Shown piece by piece: positions 31,033-40,768 of a DNA stretch of 64,000 bases. This DNA is from Spirochaetota bacterium. Lineage in GTDB: Bacteria; Spirochaetota; Spirochaetia; Treponematales; Rectinemataceae. The notes beneath the pieces are model-generated. The model saw only the letters and a program-made list of their open reading frames with translations. It made no database searches and had not been told where the DNA came from. Every line of letters starts with the position of its first letter. Position 1 is the stretch's first letter. The stretch lies in the NCBI GenBank assembly GCA_022711355.1, contig JAKLFE010000007.1:17776-81775 (forward strand), read 5' to 3'. Both the position numbers and the translations under genes were made by a program.

Positions 31033-31419
31033 ATGATCGATCGGGACTTCCGCGTCGCCCTGGACGCCTCGGGCGGGGTTCCCTTCTACCGCCAGATCAT
31101 CCAGCAGATCGAGCACGCGATCCTCGCGCGGAAGCTCGAGCCGGGGGACCGGCTCCCGACCATCCGCGCCCTCGCCATCGAGCTCAAGATCAACCCGAAC
31201 ACCATAGCCCGGGCCTACGGGGAGCTCGAGATCAGGGGGATCGTCGTCACCCAGGTGGGCAGCGGCACCTACGTCTCGAACCGCCCCGTGGACTCGGCCC
31301 GGGCCGAGCTCGAGAGCAGGATCGAGGCGAAGGTCGCCGCCTTCGTCCGCGACATGGAGGCCCTCGGGCTGGACCGGGAGCGGGCCATCGGGCTCATCCG
31401 CGATTACGAGGAGGATTGA
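31033..31419 (+). CDS. GntR-family transcriptional regulator, short YtrA-like subfamily
   Basis: Winged-HTH (PGDRLPTIRALAIELKINPNTIARAYGEL) plus a short C-terminal helical domain, about 130 aa in total. Start is chosen at the Met preceded by AGGA. An upstream ATG at 31021 is also in frame. Confidence 0.7.
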   Translation: MIDRDFRVALDASGGVPFYRQIIQQIEHAILARKLEPGDRLPTIRALAIELKINPNTIARAYGELEIRGIVVTQVGSGTYVSNRPVDSARAELESRIEAKVAAFVRDMEALGLDRERAIGLIRDYEED

Positions 31420-31420
31420 T

Positions 31421-32581
31421 ATGTGGTTCCCCAGAAAAGCCGAGGAGCAGCCCCTGATCAAGAACGCCCGGAGGGAGGGCCGGCGGCGGGACTTCGGCTT
31501 GAGCGCCGTCGGGCTCGGCCTCCTCGCCCTCCTCGCGGCCTTCGGAATAGCCGCGCGGCTCCTCGCGGGGCCGGCGCCCTCGGCCCTGGACTTCGGCCTC
31601 CTCCTCGGGGCGCCCCTGGCCTCCGCGGCCGCGATGACCCTTTTCCCGCGCTGGAGCGCGGCCCTGAAATTCCTCATCCTGGCGGCCTGCGCCGCCGCGG
31701 CCTGGAAGCTCTCGCGGGGCGGGGGCGGGGCCCCGGGCCTCTCGCTCGCCTTCGCGACGACGGGGACCCTCGCCGCCCCCATGGTCCAGAAGCTGGAGGA
31801 GTGGGAGCGGGCCATCGTCCTGCGCTTCGGGAAGTTCCTCCGCGTGCGGGGGCCGGGGCTCTTCCTCATCGCGCCCCTCGCGGACCGGGTCGCGCGCGTG
31901 GTGGACCTCCGCATCCGCGTGACGGATTTCTCCGCGGAGACGACCCTGACCCGCGACTCGGTGACGGTGACGGTCGACGCCCTCTGCTTCTGGCTCGTTT
32001 GGGACGCGGAAAAGGCGGTCTGCGAGGTCCAGGACTTCGAGGAGGCCGTCGTCCTCTCCTCCAAGACCGCCCTCCGCAACGCGATCAGCAAGAACGACCT
32101 CTCCGCCTTCCTCGAGCGCGGGGACGAGATCGAGGAGCAGATCAGGGACGAGGTGGACAAGAAGACCACCGAGTGGGGCATCACGGTCCAGCACATCGAG
32201 ATCACCGACATCCAGATACCCGAGGTCCTCCAGGACTCCTTGAGCCGCCTCGCCCAGGCCGAGCGGGAGAAGAAGGGCCGGATACTCCTGGCCGAGGCCG
32301 AGATCGAGATCGCCCGCCGCCTCGAGGAGGCGGCGCGGATCTACGACGCGCACGAGACGGCCATGAAGCTCAAGAGCCTGTCCATCCTGAACGAGGGCCT
32401 CAAGGCCGGGAACTCCATGATGCTCGTGCCCAACTCCATCACCGAGGAGCTCAAGTCGAAGGACCTCTTCGGCCTCCAGGCCCTCGGCGAGGCGAGGCGG
32501 CGCGAGGCCGGGACGGACCCGGGCGTAGGGCGAGGGGCCTCGGGGAAAGGGGACGGGGCTCCCGAGGGAGGGCGGCCATGA
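31421..32581 (+). CDS. SPFH/band-7 (stomatin/prohibitin-like) membrane protein with an extended multi-TM N-terminus
   Basis: SPFH core (…IVLRFGKFLRVRGPGLFLIAPLADRV…VDLR…) and a C-terminal coiled coil (AEAEIEIARRLEEAAR). About 120 aa of hydrophobic N-terminus. Confidence 0.7.
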   Translation: MWFPRKAEEQPLIKNARREGRRRDFGLSAVGLGLLALLAAFGIAARLLAGPAPSALDFGLLLGAPLASAAAMTLFPRWSAALKFLILAACAAAAWKLSRGGGGAPGLSLAFATTGTLAAPMVQKLEEWERAIVLRFGKFLRVRGPGLFLIAPLADRVARVVDLRIRVTDFSAETTLTRDSVTVTVDALCFWLVWDAEKAVCEVQDFEEAVVLSSKTALRNAISKNDLSAFLERGDEIEEQIRDEVDKKTTEWGITVQHIEITDIQIPEVLQDSLSRLAQAEREKKGRILLAEAEIEIARRLEEAARIYDAHETAMKLKSLSILNEGLKAGNSMMLVPNSITEELKSKDLFGLQALGEARRREAGTDPGVGRGASGKGDGAPEGGRP

Positions 32582-33261
32582 AGGTCGTGGAGACGGCCGG
32601 CCTGTCCAAGGACTACTCGCTCAACGGCATCACCGTGAGCGCGCTCCGGGGCGTGAGCCTGGCCTTCGAGAGCGGGGAGTTCGCGGCGGTCGCGGGTCCC
32701 TCGGGGAGCGGCAAGTCGACCTTCCTCCACCTCGTCGGCTGCCTCGACGCGCCGAGCGCCGGCTCGGTCTCCATCGCCGGGACCGACGTCGCATCCCTCT
32801 CGCGCAGGGAGCTCGCCCTCCTCCGCCGCGGCAGCATCGGCTTCGTGTTCCAGGCCTACAACCTCATTCCCGTCCTCAGCGCGGCGGAGAACGTGTCCCT
32901 GCCCCTCACCCTCCTCGGCGTCCCGGCGGCAGAGGCGCGCGAGCGCGCCGGGCGCGCCCTCGAAGAGGTGGGGCTCGCGGAGCTGGGCAAGCGGAGGCCC
33001 AAGGAGATGTCGGGGGGCCAGCAGCAGCGCGTCGCGATAGCCCGGGCCCTGGTCAAGAAGCCCGCCCTCATCCTCGCCGACGAGCCCACCGCTAACCTCG
33101 ACTCGAAGACGGGCCGCGAGATCCTCGAGCTCATGCTCGCCCTCAATAGGAGCGAGGGCACGACCTTCATCTTCTCCACACACGACGCCATGGTCATGGA
33201 GTACGCGAGGAGGCTCGTCCTCCTCCGGGACGGGCTCGTCGAGACGGAGCGGACGAGATGA
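32578..33261 (+). CDS. ABC transporter ATP-binding protein, MacB/LolD/FtsE-type
   Basis: Walker A GPSGSGKST, signature LSGGQQQRVAIARAL, Walker B ILADEPT. ATG overlaps the SPFH stop (ATGA). Confidence 0.85.
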   Translation: MKVVETAGLSKDYSLNGITVSALRGVSLAFESGEFAAVAGPSGSGKSTFLHLVGCLDAPSAGSVSIAGTDVASLSRRELALLRRGSIGFVFQAYNLIPVLSAAENVSLPLTLLGVPAAEARERAGRALEEVGLAELGKRRPKEMSGGQQQRVAIARALVKKPALILADEPTANLDSKTGREILELMLALNRSEGTTFIFSTHDAMVMEYARRLVLLRDGLVETERTR

Positions 33262-34772
33262 GCGCGGCGGGGGCGCGCGACATCGCGGCCATGGCGCTGC
33301 GCAACCTCTCCCGGCACAAGGCCAAGACCGCCATCACCGCGGTCGCCGTCGCCGTGAGCGTCTCCCTCTACATCTTCATGGACGGCTGGCTCCTGGGCAT
33401 GAACCTCGACTCGAGGCGGAACATCGTCTCCTACGAGATCGGGGCCGCGAAGGTCCAGGCTGCGGCCTACTTCGAGAAGAAGGACGAGCTGCCGATGCAC
33501 GAGTCCTTCGCGGGCTGGAAGCCCCTGGCCGAGAGCCTGGAGCGCGCGGGCTACGCGGTCGCCCCGCGCTTCGTCTTCTCCGGCACCCTGTACTCGCGCT
33601 CGGGCTCGGCTCCCCTCGTCATCGACGCCGTGGACGTCGGCCTCGAGGGCCGGGTCCTGCGCTATCCCTCCTCGCTCGAGGCGGGGCGCTTCCCCGCCCC
33701 GGGCCGGCTCGAGCTGGCCATCGGCTCCATGGCCGCGGAGAAGCTCCGCGTCGGCATACCCTCCCGTCCGACGCCCGAGGAGCTCGAGGAGCTCGCCGGG
33801 GCGGCCCGGGACGCCGAGGAGGAGGCCTTCGTGCGCGGCCTCTACGGCCCCGCCCCCGAGGACGAGGCCGCAGCCGCCCTCGAGGCCCGCAAGCTCGCCC
33901 TGAAGCCCGGGGCCTCGGAGGCCGAGCTCGCGAGGCTCTGGGAGATACTCTCGGCCTCGGGGCGGATGGACGTCCGCATCTCGACGGTCATCGACCAGAA
34001 GGCCGAAGACGGCTCGGGCAGGATCCTCCACGTCAACCAGCTCATCGACGCATCCGTCGTCGGCGTGATCAACTCGCCCAACCCCAAGACCAACGGCAAC
34101 GTGGCCTTCATGCCCCTCGACAGCCTCCAGGACGAGGCGGGCCTCATGCTCGGGGGCAAGGTGACGGAGCTCCTCGTGCGCCGCTCGGGCGCGAGCGACG
34201 CCGAGCTCCCGGGCAGGGACGAGAGCGCGGCCGCCGTCAGGGAGGCCCTCGGCCCCGCCCTGCCCCCGGGCCTCGAGGTCCACGGCTGGCTGGACTACGT
34301 CGACGACTACATCGCCGCCTCGCGGGGCGACCAGGTCTCGACGCGGATCATGATCCTCATGCTCTTCGTCCTCTCCTTCATCGGGATAGCCAACACCATG
34401 CTCATGGCCATCCTCGAGCGCACCAAGGAGACGGGCATGCTCAGGGCCCTGGGCATGACCGACGGCCAGGTGGTCGCCGCCTACATGATCGAGGCGGCCT
34501 GCATCGGGGCGATGGGCTCCCTCGCCGGCATCGCGATCGGATGCCTCATCAACGTCCCGATGGTGGCCCACGGGCTGGACTACTCGGCGATGGCCGAGCA
34601 GATCGGGGGCGACTACGGCTACCGCATCACCGCCCTCTTCCGCTCCGCCTGGAACCCGCCCGTCATCGTCCTATCGGGCATCGTCGCCACCGCGCTCTCC
34701 GCCGCGGCGGCCCTCCTCCCGAGCCTGCGGGCGCTCAGGATGCCGGTGACCGAGAGCCTGCGCTTCGAGTGA
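33258..34772 (+). CDS. ABC transporter permease, FtsX/MacB-like (LolC/E-like), with a large periplasmic domain
   Basis: N-terminal TM, about 250-aa periplasmic domain, then a 3-TM FtsX core (MILMLFVLSFIGIANTML…). Confidence 0.75.
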   Translation: MSAAGARDIAAMALRNLSRHKAKTAITAVAVAVSVSLYIFMDGWLLGMNLDSRRNIVSYEIGAAKVQAAAYFEKKDELPMHESFAGWKPLAESLERAGYAVAPRFVFSGTLYSRSGSAPLVIDAVDVGLEGRVLRYPSSLEAGRFPAPGRLELAIGSMAAEKLRVGIPSRPTPEELEELAGAARDAEEEAFVRGLYGPAPEDEAAAALEARKLALKPGASEAELARLWEILSASGRMDVRISTVIDQKAEDGSGRILHVNQLIDASVVGVINSPNPKTNGNVAFMPLDSLQDEAGLMLGGKVTELLVRRSGASDAELPGRDESAAAVREALGPALPPGLEVHGWLDYVDDYIAASRGDQVSTRIMILMLFVLSFIGIANTMLMAILERTKETGMLRALGMTDGQVVAAYMIEAACIGAMGSLAGIAIGCLINVPMVAHGLDYSAMAEQIGGDYGYRITALFRSAWNPPVIVLSGIVATALSAAAALLPSLRALRMPVTESLRFE

Positions 34773-34783
34773 GGAGGAAGGCC

Positions 34784-36058
34784 ATGGAGGGGCGGATGGA
34801 AGGGACAGGCGGCCTCGGGGCGCTCGCCACGATCGCGTACCGCAACATCTGGCGGAACGGGAGGCGCACGGCCCTCTGCGTCGTCGCCGTCGCGATCGCG
34901 GTCTTCTTCAACATCTTCATGCAGTCCTGGATCGACGGCATGATGGACAGCATCGAGGAGGTCGTGCGCACCTTCGAGACGGGCCACGTCAACGTCGTCT
35001 CCTCGGGCTTCGAGGCGGAGCGGGAGTACTGCCCGGTCCAGTACCCCATCGCCGAGGGCCGGAGCGCCGACGAGCTCGCCGACGAGATCGAGGCCCTGCC
35101 GGGGGTCCGCGCGGCCCTGCCGCGGATCACGGCCTACGCGACCCTCTTCGACTCCACCGTCAAGCACGCCCTCCTCTGGGGCGTGCGCCCCGCGCGCGAG
35201 CTGGCGATCAACCACTGGAACCTCACCGACCGCGACGATGGCCTCGTCGCGGGCCGCTTCCCCGGGGAGGGAGCCAACGAGTGCGCCATCGGCGCGGCCC
35301 TCGCCCGCAAGACCGGGCTCGGGATCGGCGACAAGCTGCCCCTCAAGACGGTCTCCGCGCAGTTCTCGGACAAGTACTGGAGCCCGACCATCGTCGGCGT
35401 CTTCGAGTTCGACTACGCGAGGTACGACGAGGGGGTCATCCTCGTCTCCTTCGAGCGCCTCGGGCGCATCCTCGGCCTCGGGGGCGCGACGCAGCAGCTC
35501 TTCGTCTACGCCGAGGAGGCCGGGCGCAGCGCCGAGCTCAGGGACGAGGTCGCGCGCCTGCTCGGCCCGGGCCACGTCGTCCGCGAGTGGGCCGACAATT
35601 ACTGGGTCGCCGTCATGCGCCAGAGCTCCTTCCTCTACGTCATCGTCTTCGCCGTGTTCCAGGTGGTGGCGAGCTTCCTCATCGTCAACACGGTCCTCAT
35701 GGTGATCCACGAGCGGATCAAGGAGATCGGCATGATGGGCGCCCTCGGGATGACCAGGCGCGAGATCGTGCTGGTCTTCTTCTTCGAGGCCTTGATCCTG
35801 AGCGTCATCGGCGCCCTCGCGGGCTGCCTCCTCGGGGGCCTCGTCACCAAGGTCGGCTCCCTCTTCCCCATCGACACGGAGGTCTTCACGGGAGGCGGCA
35901 TGAAGGACCTGCCTTTCTCCGGGACCATCTTCATCGCATTCTCCCCGGCGAACATCGCGAGGGGATTCGCCTTCGGCGTGGCCGTCTCGGCGGCCTGCAC
36001 CATCCTGCCCTCGCTGAAGAGCGCCTTCGTGGAGCCCGTCGAGGCACTCCGGCGCTAG
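34784..36058 (+). CDS. ABC transporter permease, FtsX/MacB-like (second copy)
   Basis: Same architecture as the preceding gene. RBS GAGGAGGAAGG precedes the ATG at 34784. Confidence 0.75.
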   Translation: MEGRMEGTGGLGALATIAYRNIWRNGRRTALCVVAVAIAVFFNIFMQSWIDGMMDSIEEVVRTFETGHVNVVSSGFEAEREYCPVQYPIAEGRSADELADEIEALPGVRAALPRITAYATLFDSTVKHALLWGVRPARELAINHWNLTDRDDGLVAGRFPGEGANECAIGAALARKTGLGIGDKLPLKTVSAQFSDKYWSPTIVGVFEFDYARYDEGVILVSFERLGRILGLGGATQQLFVYAEEAGRSAELRDEVARLLGPGHVVREWADNYWVAVMRQSSFLYVIVFAVFQVVASFLIVNTVLMVIHERIKEIGMMGALGMTRREIVLVFFFEALILSVIGALAGCLLGGLVTKVGSLFPIDTEVFTGGGMKDLPFSGTIFIAFSPANIARGFAFGVAVSAACTILPSLKSAFVEPVEALRR

Positions 36059-36079
36059 GTCCGGGAAAAGGAGCGCGTT

Positions 36080-36829
36080 ATGCGAACTAAATACTTCCGG
36101 GCGGCCCTCGCCGCCCTCGCCCTCGCCTCGGCCGGCGCCGCGGCGGCAGCCGCCCCGAGCGCCGCCTCGCTCCTCGAGCGCGTGGACGCGAACGAGGTCT
36201 ACGCCTCGATCAGCTACGAGGGCGAGATGGTCATCGAGTACCAGGGCAAGCGCTACGTGAAGACCTTCGCCGCCTCGGCGAAGGGCTCGGCCAACAGCTA
36301 CGTGGAATTCACGAACCCCGAGGACCGAGGCACCAAGTACCTGAAGAAGGAAGGCCGGCTCTACGTCTACTCGCCGGACGCCGAGGAGGTGATGCTCATC
36401 TCGGGCCACCTGCTCAAGGAGTCGATGATGGGCTCGGACCTCTCCTACGAGGACACGATCGACAACGAGACCCTCTCGGCCCGCTACGTCCCGACCCTCG
36501 CGGGCGAGGAGGAGGCCGGGGGAAGGAGGGCCTGGGTCCTCGACCTCGCCGCCAAGAGGAGGACCGAGAGCTACCCGAGGCAGAAGCTCTGGATCGACGC
36601 CGAGACGGGGGACCTCCTCCGCTACGAGCTCTACGCCCTCTCGGGGGCCAAGCTCAAGGAGTACCGCCTCATCAAGGCCGAGCCCATCGGGGACCGGCGC
36701 TTCCCCGTCGAGGGAGAGATGCGCGACCTCCTGCGCAAGGGCAGCCGGACGGTATTCAAGATGAGGAAGGTCGTCCTCGACGCCCCGATCCCCGATTCCC
36801 TGTTCAGCATGAAGAGCCTCGAACGATGA
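36080..36829 (+). CDS. LolA-like periplasmic protein ('outer membrane lipoprotein-sorting protein' fold)
   Basis: Signal peptide with an Ala-rich cleavage region. About 220-aa mature domain with the LolA-like beta-barrel pattern (…VEFTNPEDRGTKYLKKEGRLYVYSPD…KLWIDAETGDLLRYELY…). Confidence 0.6.
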   Translation: MRTKYFRAALAALALASAGAAAAAAPSAASLLERVDANEVYASISYEGEMVIEYQGKRYVKTFAASAKGSANSYVEFTNPEDRGTKYLKKEGRLYVYSPDAEEVMLISGHLLKESMMGSDLSYEDTIDNETLSARYVPTLAGEEEAGGRRAWVLDLAAKRRTESYPRQKLWIDAETGDLLRYELYALSGAKLKEYRLIKAEPIGDRRFPVEGEMRDLLRKGSRTVFKMRKVVLDAPIPDSLFSMKSLER

Positions 36830-38115
36830 GCGCGCGGCGCCTCGAGAAGCGCGCGGGAAGCCGCGCGCGGCGCGCCCTCGGCCGCCTATCGCGCCTGGCC
36901 CTGGCCCTCCTCTGCGCGGCCCCGCGGGCCTTCGCCGAGCCCGAGCTCTCGGGCTCCATCGAGTCGGGCCTGTCGGGCTCGGCGGGGACAGGGGGAGCCG
37001 CCGCCTTCTCCTGCGGCTTCGAGGAATTCGCCAACCTCAGGCTGAGGACGAGGGTCGGGGAGGCGGGGACGGTCTACGCGGCGATCAACCTGGTCGCGGC
37101 CTCGGGCGAGGCGGCGCGGAGGGCCGCCCTCCTCGAGGCCGCCGCGCCGGGCCCCCTCGCGGCCTCCTCCTTCGCCGCGGGCTCGGGCTACGCCGCGGCC
37201 CTCGAGCTCGAGCGCCTCTACTTCCGCCTCGAGGGCGAGGGCGCCGACCTCCAGGCCGGCCTCCAGCGCCTGGCCTTCGGCTACGGCCAGGCCTTCAGCC
37301 CCTCGGACTTCCTCAGCCCGCCCAATCCCCTCCACCCCGAGGCCCGGCCCCGGGGGCGCCTGGGCCTCGCGGCCTCGGCCTACCCCGCGGACTCGGCCAA
37401 GCTCGGGGCCTTCGCCTTCGCGGGGACCGATCCCCTCGAGGCCGACGGGGGCGGGACCCTCCTCGGCGCCCAGGCGGAGCTCCACGGCGCGGCGGCGAGC
37501 ATCCAGGCCCTCTACGCCTTCGAGGCGCCGGGCCCGGAGGCGGAGCTCGGCCTCCACCGCGCCGGCCTCTCGCTCAAGCTCGAGGCCGGGGCGGGCATAG
37601 CGCTCGACCTGCTGTACAGCTACGACGCCGAGGATCCCGCGGGCCTCGCCGGCCTCGAGGCGAGCCTCGGCGCCGACTACTCATTCCTGGACGGCGACCT
37701 CTACGTCCTGGGCCAGTACCTCTACAACGGGCCCGGCCCCCTCGACCCGGAGGACGAGATCGGAGAGCTCTACGCCGAGGCAGGCTGGTACGAGACCGCC
37801 CCCCTCGAGCGGCTCCCGGCCGCGGAGGGGCTACGCGAACTCAACCGGAGGAACTACCTCTACGCCTCGCTCGCCTATCGCGTCGATGACTACACGAGCG
37901 CGACGCTCTCCTGCCTGGCCGGCCTCGACGACCTCTCCTTCTCGCCCGCGCTGGAGCTGGAGCACGAGCCCTTCCAGGGCATGGTTCTGAGCTGCCGCTG
38001 CCGCCTCCCCCTGGACCCGCGGAGCTTCTCCTCGGGCGGGGAGCGGGGCGAGCTCGGCCCCGACAACTCGGGCAGCCTGGCCTCGGTGGAGCTCAAGGCG
38101 AAGCTGCGCTTCTAG
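36826..38115 (+). CDS. Predicted outer-membrane beta-barrel protein
   Basis: Signal peptide, alternating amphipathic segments, C-terminal …ELKAKLRF (terminal Phe). Start overlaps the LolA-like stop (ATGA). Confidence 0.5.
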   Translation: MSARRLEKRAGSRARRALGRLSRLALALLCAAPRAFAEPELSGSIESGLSGSAGTGGAAAFSCGFEEFANLRLRTRVGEAGTVYAAINLVAASGEAARRAALLEAAAPGPLAASSFAAGSGYAAALELERLYFRLEGEGADLQAGLQRLAFGYGQAFSPSDFLSPPNPLHPEARPRGRLGLAASAYPADSAKLGAFAFAGTDPLEADGGGTLLGAQAELHGAAASIQALYAFEAPGPEAELGLHRAGLSLKLEAGAGIALDLLYSYDAEDPAGLAGLEASLGADYSFLDGDLYVLGQYLYNGPGPLDPEDEIGELYAEAGWYETAPLERLPAAEGLRELNRRNYLYASLAYRVDDYTSATLSCLAGLDDLSFSPALELEHEPFQGMVLSCRCRLPLDPRSFSSGGERGELGPDNSGSLASVELKAKLRF

Positions 38116-38149
38116 ACGGCCGGGGAGCGTCCGGGATGGGGACTCAACA

Positions 38150-39253
38150 TCAAAGATTAAACTTGAAGAAAATAACGTCCCCGTCCTGGACGACGTACTC
38201 GCGGCCCTCCTGGCGGAGCTTGCCGGCGGCCTTGATGGCGTGCTCGGAGCCGAGGGCCTCGAGGTCGGCGTAGCGGTAGACCTCGGCCTTGATGAAGCCC
38301 TTCTCGAAGTCGGTGTGGATGACGCCCGCGGCCGCCGGGGCCTTGTCCCCGGCCTTGATCGTCCAGGCCCGGCACTCGTCCTCCCCCGCCGTGAAGAAGG
38401 TCCGCAGCCCCAGGAGATGGTAGGCCGCGTGGATCAGGGCGGAGAGGCCCGACTCCTCCAGGCCGAGCTCGGAGAGGAAGTCGCGCTTCTCCTCCTCGCT
38501 CTCGAGGTCGGCGAGCTCGGCCTCGAACTTGCCGCAGATGACCACGCACTCGGCGCCCTCGGCGGCGGCGATCCCCTTGACCGCCTCGATATGCGCGTTG
38601 CCCGACCTCACTCCCTCCTCGTCCGCGTTGCAGACGTAGATCTCGCGCTTGACCGTGATGAGGAAGGAGCGCTTGAGGGCCTCGGCCTCCTCGGCGTCGA
38701 GGGCCACGGATCGGGCGGGCCGGCCCTCCTGGAGGGCGGGGCGGATCTTGTCGAAGGCCGCGAGCTCGCGCTCGGCCTCCTTCTTCTTGGCCTGGTCCTT
38801 GAGCTCCTTCTGGAGCTTCTCGGCCCGCTTGTCGATGGTCTCGAGGTCGGCCAGGGCGAGCTCGAGGTGGAGCATCTCGATGTCGTCGGCCGGGCTGACC
38901 TTGTTGGAGACATGGGGCACCTCGGGGTCCTCGAAGCAGCGCACGACGTGGACCATGAGGGCCGAGTCCCGGATGTGGGAGAGCATCTGGTTGGTGGCGC
39001 CCTCCTTCTTGGAGGCGGCGGAGGCGAGGCCCGCGATATCCACGAACTCGACGGTGGCTGGCACGCGGCGCTTGGGCTTGAAGAGCTCGGTCAGCTTGTC
39101 CAGGCGGACGTCGGGCACGGCGACGATGCCGAGGTTGGGATTCTTCGAGCCCGAGGAGAAGCTCGAGGTCTCGGCCTTCACCCTCGTCAGGGCGGTGAAG
39201 ATGGTGGTCTTGCCCACGGTGGGCAGGCCGATGATTCCGCAGTTAAGGGGCAT
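38150..39253 (-). CDS. ychF: Ribosome-binding ATPase YchF (Obg-like)
   Basis: MPLNCGIIGLPTVGKTTIFTALT G1 motif, TGS C-terminal domain, 367 aa. Confidence 0.9.
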   Translation of the reverse strand: MPLNCGIIGLPTVGKTTIFTALTRVKAETSSFSSGSKNPNLGIVAVPDVRLDKLTELFKPKRRVPATVEFVDIAGLASAASKKEGATNQMLSHIRDSALMVHVVRCFEDPEVPHVSNKVSPADDIEMLHLELALADLETIDKRAEKLQKELKDQAKKKEAERELAAFDKIRPALQEGRPARSVALDAEEAEALKRSFLITVKREIYVCNADEEGVRSGNAHIEAVKGIAAAEGAECVVICGKFEAELADLESEEEKRDFLSELGLEESGLSALIHAAYHLLGLRTFFTAGEDECRAWTIKAGDKAPAAAGVIHTDFEKGFIKAEVYRYADLEALGSEHAIKAAGKLRQEGREYVVQDGDVIFFKFNL

Positions 39254-39478
39254 GGATGACCTCGCGCTTCATGTCGTATACGCCACTGTAGCCCGTATCC
39301 GGCCCACGGGTCAACGAAGGCCCGGGGGCGAGCGGAGGTCGATGATTTCATATATCGAAACATGCGCTTTAGAAATTGATCCGGTCCCCTTTACGGCTCG
39401 GCGGAAGGGGTGTACCATGGGCTTCGCCCCGCGGGCGAGCGACTCGCGCGGGGCCCACAGACCGACGAGGAGCCGCCC

Positions 39479-40753
39479 ATGCTCGATCTCGATTCCCTCT
39501 ACTCCAAGAACGCCAACAACATGAAAAAATCCGTCATCCGCGAGCTCTTGAAGCTCACCCAGCAGCCGGACATCATCTCCTTCGCCGGCGGCCTCCCGGC
39601 GCCGGAGCTCTTCCCGGTCGAGGAGCTCCGCCAGGCCGCCGACCGTGTCTTCACCGGCAGCCCGAAGAAGGCCCTCCAGTACGGGACCACCGAGGGCGAG
39701 AGCGAGCTCAAGGCCGAGCTCATCAAATTCGAGGAGCGCCAGGGCGTCAAGCTCGGCAAGGACAACCTCCTCGTCGTCTCGGCGAGCCAGCAAGCCCTCG
39801 ACATGGTCCCGAAGATCTTCATGGACCCCGGCGACTACTGCATAGCCGGGAGCCCGACCTACGTCGGCACCATCCAGGCCGTCCAGTCCTACCAGGGCCG
39901 CGTCCTGGGCGTGCCATTCAGCCCCGAGAACGACGGCTTCGACCTGGTCGAGCTCGAGAAGCGCTACGCCCGGGCCCTGCGCGACGGCAAGCGGGTCAAG
40001 TTCGTCTACGTGATCCCGGATTTCCAGAACCCGACGGGCATCTGCTGGAGCCTCGAGAAGCGCAAGGCCCTCCTCGCCTTCGCGTATAGGCACGACCTCC
40101 TCATCGTCGAGGACTCGCCCTACCGCGAGATCCGCTTCCTCGGCGAGACCCTCCCCTCGATCTACCAGCTCGACCAGCAGTCCGAGGACCGGCAGATCGT
40201 CGTCAACCTCAAGACCTTCTCCAAGATCCTCATCCCCGGCGCGCGCGTCGGCTGGATCATGGCCAGGCCGGAGATCATCGCCAAGTTCGTCATCGCCAAG
40301 CAGGCCATGGACCTCTGCACCAACGTGTTCGCGCAGATGTGGCTCGCCGAGTACCTCAAGACCGGCAAGATCTACGACCACGTCAAGGAGATCAACGCGA
40401 ACTACCGCGAGAAGCGGAACTTCATGGTCGAGATGCTCGAGAAGTACATGCCCAAGCGCTTCGACCTCGGCTGGACGAGGCCCGAGGGCGGCCTGTTCCT
40501 CTGGATCAGCCTCCCCTCGTACATCGACACCGAGAAGCTGCTGCCCAAGGCCCTCGAGCAGAAGGTGGCCTACGTCATCGGCTCGGCCTTCTACTTCGAC
40601 GAGCCCGAGCACAACGCGATGCGCCTCAACTTCTCCTACGCGTCGCGCGAGCAGATCGAGGCGGGCGTCCAGAGGCTCGCCAAGGTCATCTCCGACGAGA
40701 TAGCCCTCCACGACTCGGGGCCCCGCGGCCAGACGAGTCCCGAGGGGCTCTAG
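39479..40753 (+). CDS. PLP-dependent aminotransferase, class I/II (2-aminoadipate/aromatic aminotransferase-like)
   Basis: …TFSKILIPGARVGW… is the PLP-lysine region within a fold-type I pattern. Start is taken at the ATG (39479) after an in-frame upstream extension from 39410. Confidence 0.75.
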   Translation: MLDLDSLYSKNANNMKKSVIRELLKLTQQPDIISFAGGLPAPELFPVEELRQAADRVFTGSPKKALQYGTTEGESELKAELIKFEERQGVKLGKDNLLVVSASQQALDMVPKIFMDPGDYCIAGSPTYVGTIQAVQSYQGRVLGVPFSPENDGFDLVELEKRYARALRDGKRVKFVYVIPDFQNPTGICWSLEKRKALLAFAYRHDLLIVEDSPYREIRFLGETLPSIYQLDQQSEDRQIVVNLKTFSKILIPGARVGWIMARPEIIAKFVIAKQAMDLCTNVFAQMWLAEYLKTGKIYDHVKEINANYREKRNFMVEMLEKYMPKRFDLGWTRPEGGLFLWISLPSYIDTEKLLPKALEQKVAYVIGSAFYFDEPEHNAMRLNFSYASREQIEAGVQRLAKVISDEIALHDSGPRGQTSPEGL

Positions 40754-40768
40754 CCTCCGCGGCGGGGC

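Noticed and set aside
39254-39478. AT-rich ychF/aminotransferase divergent spacer with a TTTC-N7-GAAA mini-palindrome; looked for tRNA or small RNA
   Set aside because: No cloverleaf-compatible stems or conserved tRNA boxes. The palindrome arms are only 4 bp.
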